Assembly (NCBI GenBank): GCA_945862505.1
Contig: CAMAYJ010000004.1
Span: forward strand, 581-64,580
Source of the DNA: Bifidobacterium breve
Lineage (GTDB): Bacteria; Actinomycetota; Acidimicrobiia; Acidimicrobiales; Acidimicrobilacustridaceae
Length of the DNA stretch: 64,000 nt
Direction: 5' to 3'
The position numbers and the translations under genes are program-made. The notes under the pieces are model-generated. The model did not search any database. It worked only from the letters and a program-made list of their open reading frames with translations, and was not told the origin of the DNA. Every line of letters starts with the position of its first letter. Positions within the stretch are counted from its first letter, which is position 1. Of this stretch, positions 45,155 to 55,800 are shown piece by piece.

Positions 45155-46296
45155 GCGAACAATGCCTCCACAAATTCATGTGCATCGAATGAAACAAGGT
45201 CTTCGGCGCCTTCGCCAAGTCCGACCAACTTCACCGGAATGCCAAGTTGATCGTGAATTGCAATGACGATCCCACCCTTAGCTGATCCATCAAGTTTGGT
45301 GAGCACCACGCCAGTGAGTTCAACCGCTTCAGTGAATTGCTTTGCCTGGACCAGACCGTTCTGGCCAGTGGTCGCGTCGATCACAAGAAGAACTTCGGTG
45401 ACAGTCCCATCGCCCTTATCGGCAACACGACGTACCTTGCTCAGCTCTTCCATGAGATTCACATTGTTATGAAGGCGTCCAGCAGTGTCGGCAAGAACGA
45501 GGTCGATAGTGCGGGCGCTTGCGGCTTCGACGCCGTCGAAAATCACCGCACTTGGGTCGCCGCCCTCGTTCCCCCGAACAAATTCGGCTCCTGCGCGTTC
45601 AGCCCACATTCCAAGTTGTTCTGCCGCCGCGGCACGGAACGTATCGCCAGCCGCCATCAGAACAGTTCGACCTTCTCGTACCTGGCGGACACCAATCTTT
45701 CCGATTGTGGTCGTCTTTCCAACCCCATTAACGCCCACAAAAAGCCACACAGTTGGGCCGGAATCACTCGACAGTTTGAGTTCGCGATCAAAGCCACTCA
45801 ATCGATTGGCCATCTCAGCTTTGAGCGCGCCTAGAAGTTCCTCGCCATTCGAAAGTCCATCGACTTTCACTCGCGCGCGTAGGTGATCGAGAAGTTCTTG
45901 AGTCGATCCAACACCGACATCGGCGAGGATGAGCGCTTCTTCGAGTTCATCCCACGTCTCGGCATCGATCTTCGAGCGACCTGCGATCGAACCCATTGCG
46001 CCCGACAACGCAGCACGGGCTTTTCCGAGACGATCGCGGAAACGAGGACGTTCAGCAACCTCTTCGACGACAACGTCATCGACCGGAACATGGGTCGCAA
46101 GATCAGCAGCGACCTCGGCTTCGACCAGTGCCGCACGCTCAACTTCTTCAGGGGGAACAACGCGGTCGTCGACCAGGGTGCGGCGCTTTGACGGCGGTTC
46201 CAGAGACCCTCGGCGATTCCGAGGGGCAATGAATCCGAGTCCGACAATCAGGCCAAGGACGATGACGACGGCAACGATGATGAGAATCACAGTCAT
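45151..46296 (-). CDS. ftsY: SRP receptor FtsY
   Basis: N-terminal TM, GVNGVGKTTT, DTFRAAA, DTAGRLH and TKLDGSAKGG. Confidence 0.97.
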   Translation of the reverse strand: MTVILIIVAVVIVLGLIVGLGFIAPRNRRGSLEPPSKRRTLVDDRVVPPEEVERAALVEAEVAADLATHVPVDDVVVEEVAERPRFRDRLGKARAALSGAMGSIAGRSKIDAETWDELEEALILADVGVGSTQELLDHLRARVKVDGLSNGEELLGALKAEMANRLSGFDRELKLSSDSGPTVWLFVGVNGVGKTTTIGKIGVRQVREGRTVLMAAGDTFRAAAAEQLGMWAERAGAEFVRGNEGGDPSAVIFDGVEAASARTIDLVLADTAGRLHNNVNLMEELSKVRRVADKGDGTVTEVLLVIDATTGQNGLVQAKQFTEAVELTGVVLTKLDGSAKGGIVIAIHDQLGIPVKLVGLGEGAEDLVSFDAHEFVEALFA

Positions 46297-46355
46297 GGGC
46301 TAGCAAGTCTAGTGGGCCGCCCTTCGGGCCCATCCGGGCGTTTCGGCACCGCTTG

Positions 46356-47603
46356 TTACTTCAGCGTGCCCAGCGTTACGTCAACATTGAGAACCTTGCC
46401 GTCACGATTGATCTCGACGACAACCTTGTCGCCAGGGCTATAGCCACTGGCCATGCCTCGCAGTTCATCAAAACTGCCCACCTGCACCCCGTCGACAGCA
46501 ACGATGAGGTCGCCCGATTTAATGCCAGCCTTGTCGGCGGCGCCGCCGCTTGTGACGCTCTGGACATATGCACCAGCACTACCCGAAGGCGTCGTACTCG
46601 GACCACTAAGCCCGAGTCCCGCTCGAGCCACGGTCTTGCCTGCAGCAAGTTGGTCCGCAACACGCTTGGCGGTCGAGATCGGAATGGCGAAACCAATACC
46701 CGTGTTCTCACCCGTCTGGCTGTAGATCGAGGAGTTAATGCCCATGATCTCGGCGTTGCGATTTGCTAGCGCACCACCCGAGTTGCCGGGGTTGATGGAA
46801 GCGTCGGTCTGGATCATGTTGATCACGACGCTCTTTGCATTGGGCACCGGTCGGTTCACCGCTGAAACGATGCCCGAGGTCACGGTCTGATCAAGGCCAT
46901 ATGGACTACCAACCGCAACAGCAATCTGCCCAACCTGTGGTTTCTCATTGGCCAACTTCGCCGGCGGAGCTTGAAGACCAGCAGCACGAACAACGGCAAT
47001 GTCAGTGCCAGTATCGGCGCCAAGAACTTGGCCCTTCACTGCGGTGCCGTCCGAATCACGAACGGTAACTGTTTGAGCAGTACCCACAACATGAGCATTG
47101 GTGATGAACAAATCAGTGTCGTAAGCGACGCCCGAACCAACGCCATCACCGGTTTCAATTTGCACAACTGACGGGCTCACCATTGCCGCAACGTAGGCAA
47201 TCGGTTCTGAGCCGGGATCGATGGTGACGGCCGTCGTCGTGACCTGACCGCTCGCATTTGAGCTTCGAACCACAGTTGTCTTGTTGTTGTCGATAAGCGA
47301 TCGAATCCCGAAGCCAAGGCCGAACAGGCCGACAACAACAACGAGAGTAACAACAGCGCGAAGGAACGGATTCGAGCGACGCGGACCAGACGAGTTCGTA
47401 CCGCGATCCGGAGGAGGTGTCGGTGCACCACCCCACGCGTCGGTCACTGGAATCGGCGCGTCCGGAGTCGTCGGCGCGACTGGGGCGGCACTTCCCCACG
47501 ACGGTGGCATCGGCGCGGGCGTCCAACCGCTCGCCGGCACGGGGGGCGCTGGAGGGGACGGAGGCTGAGGGGGCATGGCGGGGGGCTGGTTATCCCAGGT
47601 CAT
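46356..47603 (-). CDS. HtrA/DegP-family serine protease with PDZ domain
   Basis: Pro-rich N-terminus, TM, TNAHVV, DIAV, IQTDASINPGNSGG and a C-terminal PDZ. Confidence 0.93.
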   Translation of the reverse strand: MTWDNQPPAMPPQPPSPPAPPVPASGWTPAPMPPSWGSAAPVAPTTPDAPIPVTDAWGGAPTPPPDRGTNSSGPRRSNPFLRAVVTLVVVVGLFGLGFGIRSLIDNNKTTVVRSSNASGQVTTTAVTIDPGSEPIAYVAAMVSPSVVQIETGDGVGSGVAYDTDLFITNAHVVGTAQTVTVRDSDGTAVKGQVLGADTGTDIAVVRAAGLQAPPAKLANEKPQVGQIAVAVGSPYGLDQTVTSGIVSAVNRPVPNAKSVVINMIQTDASINPGNSGGALANRNAEIMGINSSIYSQTGENTGIGFAIPISTAKRVADQLAAGKTVARAGLGLSGPSTTPSGSAGAYVQSVTSGGAADKAGIKSGDLIVAVDGVQVGSFDELRGMASGYSPGDKVVVEINRDGKVLNVDVTLGTLK

Positions 47604-47680
47604 AGAAATCGGCTCCTACAGCGGGTTCGGAAGAGATCGTACGGACGCCGGGCGGCAAACGTGTGGGAAACGTACCGATG

Positions 47681-47713
47681 GGCAGCGAAAGACGAACGAA
47701 AGTCAAAAAGAAT
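47681..47713 (-). promoter_or_regulatory. Candidate OmpR-type tandem site upstream of htrA
   Basis: Minus strand ATTCTTTTTGA CTTTCGTTCGT CTTTCGCTGCC: an 11-bp-period CTTTCG repeat. Confidence 0.35.
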
Positions 47714-47736
47714 CGTTCGCTTGGGTGCGACCTCCA

Positions 47737-49035
47737 CTAGATAGCTGCGTTGACGGGTGACGGTGTTGAAGGTCGCGTCGGGGCGAGCGCCGGAAGCCAG
47801 AGTGCGAATGCCGAGCCGTGATCGACCTGCGAAACGAGCTTGACCTCGCCTCCATGGGCTTCGGCGATCTGACGAACAATCGTCAAGCCCAGTCCACTGC
47901 GTCCTTGTTCGCGCCCCTCTCGTAAGTCGCCTCGCCAGAAACGCTGGAACACTCGATCTTGGTCAACAAGGTCAATCCCCGGACCCTGATCTTCAATAGC
48001 CATCCACGCCCATGGCCCTTCGAGGCCACCTCGAAGCCGAACTGTGGTGCCTTCGGGTGAATACCGGATGGCATTGGCTAAAAGATTGCCAAGCGCCTGG
48101 CGCAAAGCAAGACGATCGCCCACTACCCACAAATCACCGGGCGCATGATGAACAAGATGAACACCTGCCGCCGTTGCGGGTGCGGTGAATTCTTCAGCGG
48201 CCTCATTGATGAGCAACGCAAGGTCAACTGGATTGCGTTCGAGCGAAAGCGTTCCCTTCCGGGCGTAGACGAGCAAGTCATCGACCAATCGCGCCATGCG
48301 TTCAGACGATCGCTCCACCACTTCGGCTGCGTGTCGTAGTTCCTCAGCACTGGCGTCGGGATCGGCCAAAGTTACTTCGAGATTTGTCCGGATAACGGCC
48401 AGTGGGTTTCGTAATTCATGACTTGCTTCATGGATGAACTGTCGCTGTCCTTCGAACGCTTCGTCGAGACGACCGAGCATGTCGTCGAAGGTGTCTGCCA
48501 ATTGTCGCAGTTCGTCATTCGGCCCGCCAAGATCAATTCGTTGCTTGAGATCGCTCGCTTGAATCTCACGAACCGAGTTTGAGATTTCACCAAGAGGACG
48601 AAGCAATCGCCCACTCACGATCCAACCGACAATCAGACTGAGAAAAAAGAGTGCCAGCAAGGCCCAAAACGAATAGACCCGCAAAGCATCGAGCGCTCGT
48701 TCGTTGACCGCCCGCTGAACCAATTGAGCTTGATCAGGCTGGATGAATGTGATGCCGCCAACTTGAAATGCCATCGCCGAAATCTTTTGATTTTTTAGCG
48801 AATATTCCAGGCCTAAATAGATGCCGCCCACAACGAGTGCAGCCAGCCCGAAGACAAGAATCGACCACACAGCAGTGAGTCGGAAGCGGATCGAACCCAT
48901 CCACGAAGGAAGGCGGCTCGAGGCTCGGTGCGAACGTGAATGCAAACGCGTCCGAACCGTGCTTGTCGAGCGCGTTTGCTCAATCTTGACCTCGAGCGGA
49001 TCGTGCGCTGGCGCTGGAAGGTGCGGGTCAATCAC
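47737..49035 (-). CDS. Sensor histidine kinase (HAMP-HisKA-HATPase)
   Basis: Two TMs with a short external loop, HEASHELRNPL, NLLANA, DQGPG and SGLGLTIV. Confidence 0.94.
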   Translation of the reverse strand: MIDPHLPAPAHDPLEVKIEQTRSTSTVRTRLHSRSHRASSRLPSWMGSIRFRLTAVWSILVFGLAALVVGGIYLGLEYSLKNQKISAMAFQVGGITFIQPDQAQLVQRAVNERALDALRVYSFWALLALFFLSLIVGWIVSGRLLRPLGEISNSVREIQASDLKQRIDLGGPNDELRQLADTFDDMLGRLDEAFEGQRQFIHEASHELRNPLAVIRTNLEVTLADPDASAEELRHAAEVVERSSERMARLVDDLLVYARKGTLSLERNPVDLALLINEAAEEFTAPATAAGVHLVHHAPGDLWVVGDRLALRQALGNLLANAIRYSPEGTTVRLRGGLEGPWAWMAIEDQGPGIDLVDQDRVFQRFWRGDLREGREQGRSGLGLTIVRQIAEAHGGEVKLVSQVDHGSAFALWLPALAPTRPSTPSPVNAAI

Positions 49036-49706
49036 GGGTCGAGTAACCGGTATCCAGAACCGATGAGCGTCTCAATAAGCGGAGTTTCGCCATCAAGCGA
49101 AACTTTGCGACGAAGCGTTCCGACGGTGACGCGCACGGTATTTGTAAACGGATCGGCGTGTTCGTCCCATACATGCTCAAGCAATTCCTCTTGTGAAATG
49201 ACTTCACCGGCGTGGAGCATGAAATAGCGAAGTAACGCGAATTCTTTGGAAGTGAGGTCGAGACGACGCACTCCACGCTTTGCCTCGTGTCGTGCATCAT
49301 CAAGTTCAAGTTCACCAACGACCGTCACCGCAGAAACTGCACGAGAATCACGACGAAGCAACGATCGCACTCGAGCGAGGAGCTCTGGAAATGCAAACGG
49401 TTTGACCAGGTAATCATCAGCACCGTCATCAAGGCCTGACACCCGATCGTCAAGACCATCGCGAGCGGTAAGCATGAGTATTCGCGGCTGGGGACCTGCT
49501 GTTGCTCGCACTTTGCGACAGACTTCACGGCCGTCTGTGCCGGGCATAGTGATATCGAGACACAGCAAGTCGTAGGTATTGATCATGACTTTGTCGAGCG
49601 CGTCGTCGCCATCGTTTGAGACGTCCACTGCATAGCCTTCACGGCGTAAGCCCCGGGCCACCGCCTCGGCCAGCTCCACTTCGTCATCAACCACAAGCAC
49701 TCGCAC
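49032..49706 (-). CDS. OmpR/PhoB-family response regulator
   Basis: VLVVDDE, LDITMP, LTARD, GADDYLVKPF, LTSKEF and NTVRVTV. Start re-assigned to GTG 49706. Confidence 0.94.
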   Translation of the reverse strand: MRVLVVDDEVELAEAVARGLRREGYAVDVSNDGDDALDKVMINTYDLLCLDITMPGTDGREVCRKVRATAGPQPRILMLTARDGLDDRVSGLDDGADDYLVKPFAFPELLARVRSLLRRDSRAVSAVTVVGELELDDARHEAKRGVRRLDLTSKEFALLRYFMLHAGEVISQEELLEHVWDEHADPFTNTVRVTVGTLRRKVSLDGETPLIETLIGSGYRLLDP

Positions 49707-49891
49707 GGTGTTGACGGTACCGCCCCCGACTCCCCCACCGATTGCACTTAGAGCTATGTCGTCGCCCAAACGACCGGCGACAAGGTCTCCCCTCGGCTTT
49801 ATGGTGTCCTTCGGTCCGATGTGGTCCCCTTCCCACCATGACTGCCACCCATAACGCCCCAACGTCCACGAATCCTTTCCAGGAGCCCCCG

Positions 49892-50935
49892 ATGTCAGAT
49901 CAGCCTTTCCCCGCAGCGCCGAACGAATCCACGGCAGCGACCGCCACCGAGGCCGCCCTTCTTGAATCAGCGCTCATGGAGATGAAGAAAGTCATCGTGG
50001 GTCAAGACCGTGCCATCGAGCGCCTCTTCGTCGGGCTACTCGCTCGGGGCCACGTGCTTCTTGAAGGCGTTCCTGGTCTGGCCAAAACACTTGCGGTCGA
50101 AACACTCGCAACAGTGATCGGAGGCGATTACAACCGGCTGCAGTTCACGCCCGACCTTCTCCCCGCCGATCTGATCGGCACACGAATTTTCCGTGCGTCG
50201 AACGAATCGTTCGATATCGAATGGGGTCCGGTGTTCGCCAACATCGTGCTGGCCGATGAAATCAACCGCGCTCCAGCGAAGGTGCAGTCAGCGCTTCTCG
50301 AGGTCATGGCCGAGCATCAGGTTTCAATCGCCGGCATCACGAAGAAGGTTCCCGAACCGTTCTTGGTTCTCGCCACACAAAACCCCATCGAGAGCGAAGG
50401 CGTCTACCCGCTCCCCGAGGCACAGCGCGATCGATTCCTCATGAAGGTTGTTGTTGGCTACCCAACAGCAGCAGAGGAAGCACAGATCGTGGCCCGCATG
50501 AGCGCAGGAGCACCAAAAGCTCAGCAAATCCTGAGTCTCGAACATCTCATCGAGCTGCAGAAATCATGCGACGCCGTGCATATTGCGCCTGCCGTCGCCG
50601 ATTACGCGGTTCGCCTTGTCCTCGCGACTCGCGAACCAGCCGCATACGGGCTACCGGAACTTGCCGAACTCATTTCTTGGGGCGGAAGCCCGCGAGCATC
50701 ACTCGGTCTCGTCGCTGGTGGACGTGCCCTCGCTCTCATGAGGGGACGCGGGTATGTCTTACCTCAAGATATTTTTGATATCGCTCCCGATGTGCTGCGT
50801 CACCGTGTGGTGCCGTCCTACGAAGCGTTGGCACAGGGACTCTCCGTCGAGCAGATCCTCGCCCGCCTTCTGTCGACCGTGCATGCACCAATCGTTGCGC
50901 CGTCGCAGAATTCGACTGCCGTCGCCGGCCGGTGA
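49892..50935 (+). CDS. moxR: MoxR-family AAA+ ATPase
   Basis: LEGVPGLAKT, RLQFTPDLLPAD, DEINRAPAKVQSALLE, ATQNPIE and SPRA. AGGAG RBS before ATG 49892. Confidence 0.93.
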   Translation: MSDQPFPAAPNESTAATATEAALLESALMEMKKVIVGQDRAIERLFVGLLARGHVLLEGVPGLAKTLAVETLATVIGGDYNRLQFTPDLLPADLIGTRIFRASNESFDIEWGPVFANIVLADEINRAPAKVQSALLEVMAEHQVSIAGITKKVPEPFLVLATQNPIESEGVYPLPEAQRDRFLMKVVVGYPTAAEEAQIVARMSAGAPKAQQILSLEHLIELQKSCDAVHIAPAVADYAVRLVLATREPAAYGLPELAELISWGGSPRASLGLVAGGRALALMRGRGYVLPQDIFDIAPDVLRHRVVPSYEALAQGLSVEQILARLLSTVHAPIVAPSQNSTAVAGR

Positions 50936-51933
50936 GCGCCAAAAAAACGGCGGTCCCCTCAATCGACGGAACCCCCGCCGCGGAAATCCTCCGTCGACTC
51001 GAAATCACGGTCACCCGCCGACTCGACGGGCTCTTACAAGGCGACCATCGCGGGCTCACCCCCGGACACGGTTCCGAGCCTGGCGAAATTCGTGCCTATC
51101 AACCTGGTGACGACGTTCGTCGCATCGATTGGAACGTCACCGCCCGACTCGGCGAGACCCATGTGCGTGACAGCGTCGCCGATCGCGAACTCGAAACCTG
51201 GATCCTTGTCGATGCATCTGCGTCGCTCGCGTTCGGCACCGCAACCTGTGAAAAGCGCGACCTTGCCCTTGCGGGGGTTGCGGCAACTGGTTTCCTCACC
51301 GCTCGCACGGGCAACCGCATTGGGGCGATGACCATCGGACCCGATGGCGCATCCCCACCAATTCCGGCTCGATCGGGCCGCGTACATATGCAAGCACTCC
51401 TGCGCCGCGTACTTGGCGCCCTCGATAACCCACAACCGGGCCGTACCGATCTCACCGCCGGGCTGCGCCGCATTGCCGGCACCGCAAAGCGGCGAGGACT
51501 CATCGTCGTCATCTCGGATTTCCTCGACCCAGGCCTGTGGGATGCAGCCTTGCGAGCCATGGCTCTTCGCCACGATGTTCTTTGCATCGAAGTCGTTGAC
51601 CCAGTCGAACTTGAACTTCCCGATGTCGGAATGCTTGTTCTCCATGACACCGTCACCGGTCACGAAATTGAAGTTCCGACAGGTAATGCAAAGTTCCGCG
51701 AACGCTACGCGCTTGCTGCAGCCGAACAACGGGCAGGAATCGCATCACGAATTCGCGCTTCGAGCGCTGATCATCTCGTACTTCGCACTGACCGGGATTG
51801 GTTACTCGACCTCGCCCGTTTCGTATCTCGTCGCCGTGACCGCATTGATCCGTTGTCACGTTCCGCCGCGCATGGCTCTGGAAATGTCGGAGCACTTGCC
51901 GGAGCGACCCTCACCACTGGAGCCGTCCGATGA
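50932..51933 (+). CDS. DUF58 domain protein (MoxR-associated)
   Basis: EIRAYQPGDDVRRIDWNVTAR, DASASL and VISDF. Confidence 0.92.
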   Translation: MSAKKTAVPSIDGTPAAEILRRLEITVTRRLDGLLQGDHRGLTPGHGSEPGEIRAYQPGDDVRRIDWNVTARLGETHVRDSVADRELETWILVDASASLAFGTATCEKRDLALAGVAATGFLTARTGNRIGAMTIGPDGASPPIPARSGRVHMQALLRRVLGALDNPQPGRTDLTAGLRRIAGTAKRRGLIVVISDFLDPGLWDAALRAMALRHDVLCIEVVDPVELELPDVGMLVLHDTVTGHEIEVPTGNAKFRERYALAAAEQRAGIASRIRASSADHLVLRTDRDWLLDLARFVSRRRDRIDPLSRSAAHGSGNVGALAGATLTTGAVR

Positions 51934-52889
51934 TGAGCATTTCCTTTCTCAGCCCATGGCGACTGTTGTTGCTCTTTGTCGTCGTCGCCCTAGGCGTCAC
52001 CTACGCCCTGTTCCAAAAACGTCGTTCAAAGTACGCAGTCCGCTTCACCAATCTCGCATTGCTCGAATCGCTCGCCCCGAATCGACCAGGTTGGCGCCGA
52101 CATATCACCGCGGCTGTACAGCTTTTTGCACTCGCTGCACTTGTGCTCGCCTTTGCCCAGCCTGTGCACGATGTGAAAGTTCCTCGCGAACGCGCCACGG
52201 TCATGCTTGCCCTCGACGTTTCGCTGTCGATGGAATCAACCGATGTGAAGCCCAGCCGGATCGAAGCGGCAAAGGCCGCTGCCACCGCATTCCTTGATGA
52301 TGTTCCAAAGCAGTTCAATGTGGGCCTCGTCACTTTTGCGGGTAGCTCGAAAATGCGAGTCGCTCCCACAACCGACCGCCAACAAGTTGCGAATGCAATC
52401 CAGAACGCTCCACTTGCCGATGGAACGGCGATTGGCGACGCAATCAATTCAAGCCTTGATGCACTTGGCGATGTTCCGCCGGCACCTGATGGCGCTGCGG
52501 TTCCGGCTGCAATCGTGTTGCTCTCTGACGGCACCACCACGATGGGCACTGCGAATGCAACCGCAACAAAGCGCGCCTCTGATGAAGGCGTACCGGTTTC
52601 AACGATCGCTTTCGGAACAGCGACCGGCACCGTCACACTTCCAAATGGTCAGAGTGTCAGCGTTCCTGTCGACGCACCCGCACTGAAAGCAATTGCCCAG
52701 GAAACAGGCGGCAATTCCTACGAAGCGACCACACAGAACCAGTTGACCGACGTCTATTCAAAGATCGGTTCTTCAATTGGATTCGATGACGGGCAGTCGC
52801 CACTCACCCAATGGTTCATTGCGGCCTCGTTCCTCACGCTGGCTATTGCGTCAGGGCTGGCACTGGCTTGGTCGAACCGACTGCCATAA
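51930..52889 (+). CDS. VWA domain membrane protein (BatA N-terminus)
   Basis: FLSPWRL, MIDAS DVSLSM, TAIGD, LLSDG and a C-terminal TM. Confidence 0.92.
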   Translation: MMSISFLSPWRLLLLFVVVALGVTYALFQKRRSKYAVRFTNLALLESLAPNRPGWRRHITAAVQLFALAALVLAFAQPVHDVKVPRERATVMLALDVSLSMESTDVKPSRIEAAKAAATAFLDDVPKQFNVGLVTFAGSSKMRVAPTTDRQQVANAIQNAPLADGTAIGDAINSSLDALGDVPPAPDGAAVPAAIVLLSDGTTTMGTANATATKRASDEGVPVSTIAFGTATGTVTLPNGQSVSVPVDAPALKAIAQETGGNSYEATTQNQLTDVYSKIGSSIGFDDGQSPLTQWFIAASFLTLAIASGLALAWSNRLP

Positions 52890-52898
52890 GTCGGACGT

Positions 52899-55800
52899 TT
52901 ACGAAGAAACCTTTTCGCTGACAACTTTCGACGAACCACCCGACTGCATCGACACGCCATAGAGGCAATCGGCTGCTTCCATCGTGCGCTTCTGATGGCT
53001 CACGATGACCAGCTGAGCGTCGTTACGGAATTCGGCAACGAGGCCAAGGAACCGACTGAGGTTCATGTCATCGAGGGCAGCCTCGACTTCGTCCATCACG
53101 TAGAATGGCGACGGACGACTGCGGAAGACTGCAAACAAGTAGGCCAAGGCGGTGAGCGAACGCTCTCCACCAGAGAGCAACGAAAGCTTTCGAACGTTCT
53201 TGCCAGAAGGCTTTGCCTCAACCTCAATACCGGTAAGCAGCAAGTTGTCGGGCTCGGTGAGCTTCAGTCGACCCTCACCACCTGGGAACAGCGTTTGGAA
53301 CAGCGCTTCGAAGTTGGCAGCGACATCGGCGAATGCAGCAGCAAACACGCTGACGATTTCGCCATCGATTGCACGAATCACCTTGGCGAGTTCACGACGA
53401 CTTTCCTTGACATCTTCGAGTTGCTGCTCAAGGAACGTGTGACGTTCCTGCAGGGCATCGAATTCTTCGAGCGCCAACGGATTGATCGGGCCCATGAGGC
53501 GGAGGTCGCGTTCAAGTTCGCGGGCTCGGCCGGCAGCGGTTGCGCCTTCGGCGAGTTCCGGGCATTCGCTGGCGATTGCGACATCGGGCTCGCAATCGAG
53601 ATCGCGACGAAGCGCTTCGACTGCTGCTTCGATACGCATCTCAATTTCAGCATGATCGATTTCGGCTCGCTGCAAACGTTCGCGAACTTCACCAAGACCG
53701 CGTTCTTGTTCAGAACGCTGGCGGCGCAGACCATCAAGCCGGCTAGCAACACCGCGTGCGGCTTCGGACTGCTGGCGACGACGCTCGCGAAAGTCAGAAA
53801 GCCGGCCTTCAATAAGAGAAGAACGATTCTGGACGAGCACTGACAAACGGTCGAGTGCGATCTGAGTCCGATCGAGTTCCAAACGACGCGCTTCGGCGGC
53901 TTCGCGTTCTGCTGCAGCACCGTCGAGACGGGTCTCGACCTCAGAGAGGCGACCGGTCAGGAACTGACGACGTTCAACAACAGCAACACTGCGGACTTCG
54001 AGATCACTCCGACGCGAACCAACCTCGGCAGCTTGCTCTTCAAGGCGAGAACGAGACTCGGCCATGCGGCGAGCCGATGCAGCCAATTCGTTGTCGGCCG
54101 CTTCGAGTTCGGGGAGCAGTCCTTCGAGTTCTGCGATTCGGGCGTCTTCACGCGTGACGCGATCGGAGAGTTCAACGAGGTGATCGTTCAGCGCTTCAGC
54201 TTCTGTTGCCGCATCACGCCGATCGGTTTCCGCCCGCTGAAGGCGATCGCCAGCAGCGGTAAGGCGCGAATCGTTGACGTCGAGATCGCGAGCAAGCGCT
54301 GCTTCGACCGCTGCCGCTTCAGAAAGGTCTTTTCGAGCGGCTTCGAGCACCAATGCGGCGTCCGACGCACGAACTTCGGCCTCTTCGGCGCGACGGGTTG
54401 CATCGTCAAGCGCAGCACCTGTGGCACCGGCCCCCGAGGAGCCAACACGCCAACCACTCACACCGAATCGGTCGCCGCTATTGGTCACCACGATGGCGTC
54501 GGGATACGCGAGCGATGCATCGACGGCCTGAACCCATCCGCCATCGATCACAACGGCAGATCCGAGAAGTGCATCGAGCAGCGGCTCGACATCGGGACGA
54601 CGGGCACGCACATGCCCACGCAACGGAGCCCCGATCGGGGGCGCGGTTCGCGCTGATCGTTCGGCACCGAGAGCCAGCACCGCGCCGCTCAAAGATTCGG
54701 CGCTGAGTGCTTCAAGCGCCCGACGACCAGAAGCAACACCATCGACCACTACCGCAGCAAGCGCCTCGCCGACGGCCGCTTCGAACGCGGATTCCCAACC
54801 AGCATCGATTTCGACGAGATCGAGAACAGTGCCAAGAACGCCATCGATGCCCGCAAGGCGTTCGGTGCCTGCACGAGACCGGGCTTCGTCGAGCGCAAGC
54901 GCCAAAGCTTCAACACGCGCACGCCACGCGTGCTGTTCGCTTTCTGCCGAGCGATGAACGGACTCGGCCACTTCAACAGCAGATTCCGCCTGTGAGCGAC
55001 GCGACTCCGCCGCTTCCATCGATTCGACAAGCGGAAGTTCTGCTGATTCAAGTTCGATCAATTGACCGCGCAGAGACTCTGTTTCGGTGAGTAATTGCGC
55101 AGCCTTCTCGGCGAGTGCTGTTGCGCGAGTCGCGATGCGATCTCGTTCTTCGCGAGCCCGACCTGATGCAGTGCGCAGTGCAGCGAGTTCGCCACGAACT
55201 TCGGCCGCCGCACCAGTAGGCGCAGGGATACCAGTGGACCACTGTTCTTCGAATGCCAAACGTTCAGCAGCGAGCAATTCCTCGGCACTTGCAAGTTCTG
55301 CAACCAACGGAGCGAACCCTTCGGCCTCGGCTTCAACCTCGGAAAGTTCCGTGGCCAGTCGAGCCGCTTCCGCCTCAAGCGAGGCAACAACACCCTGATC
55401 GATTGACGCACCTCGAAGACGATCGAGACCGCGTCGACGTTCTGTGAGAACTGCCGACAAGCCACGAGCTTGTTGGAAGAGTGATTCATACGACGCGAGT
55501 CCGTCGCCGAGGTCATCGCCACCCATGGCGGTGAGTTCGGCTTCAACCGACATGATCTGTGCGTCGAGTTCCGCCAATGAGCGGCGGAGGCGTTCTTCTT
55601 CTGACGAAAGTTCGGCGCGGCCACGCATGCCGTTTCCAAGACGAGTGCGCAGACCTGCAAGTTCGCGACCAGCGATGAAGATCCGCAATGCGGTGAGTTC
55701 GGAAACAACACCGGCATGGCGACGGGCGGCATCGGCTTGACGCTCGAGAGGACGCAACTGACGACGAACTTCACGAAGCAAATCTTGCAATCGAGTGAGA

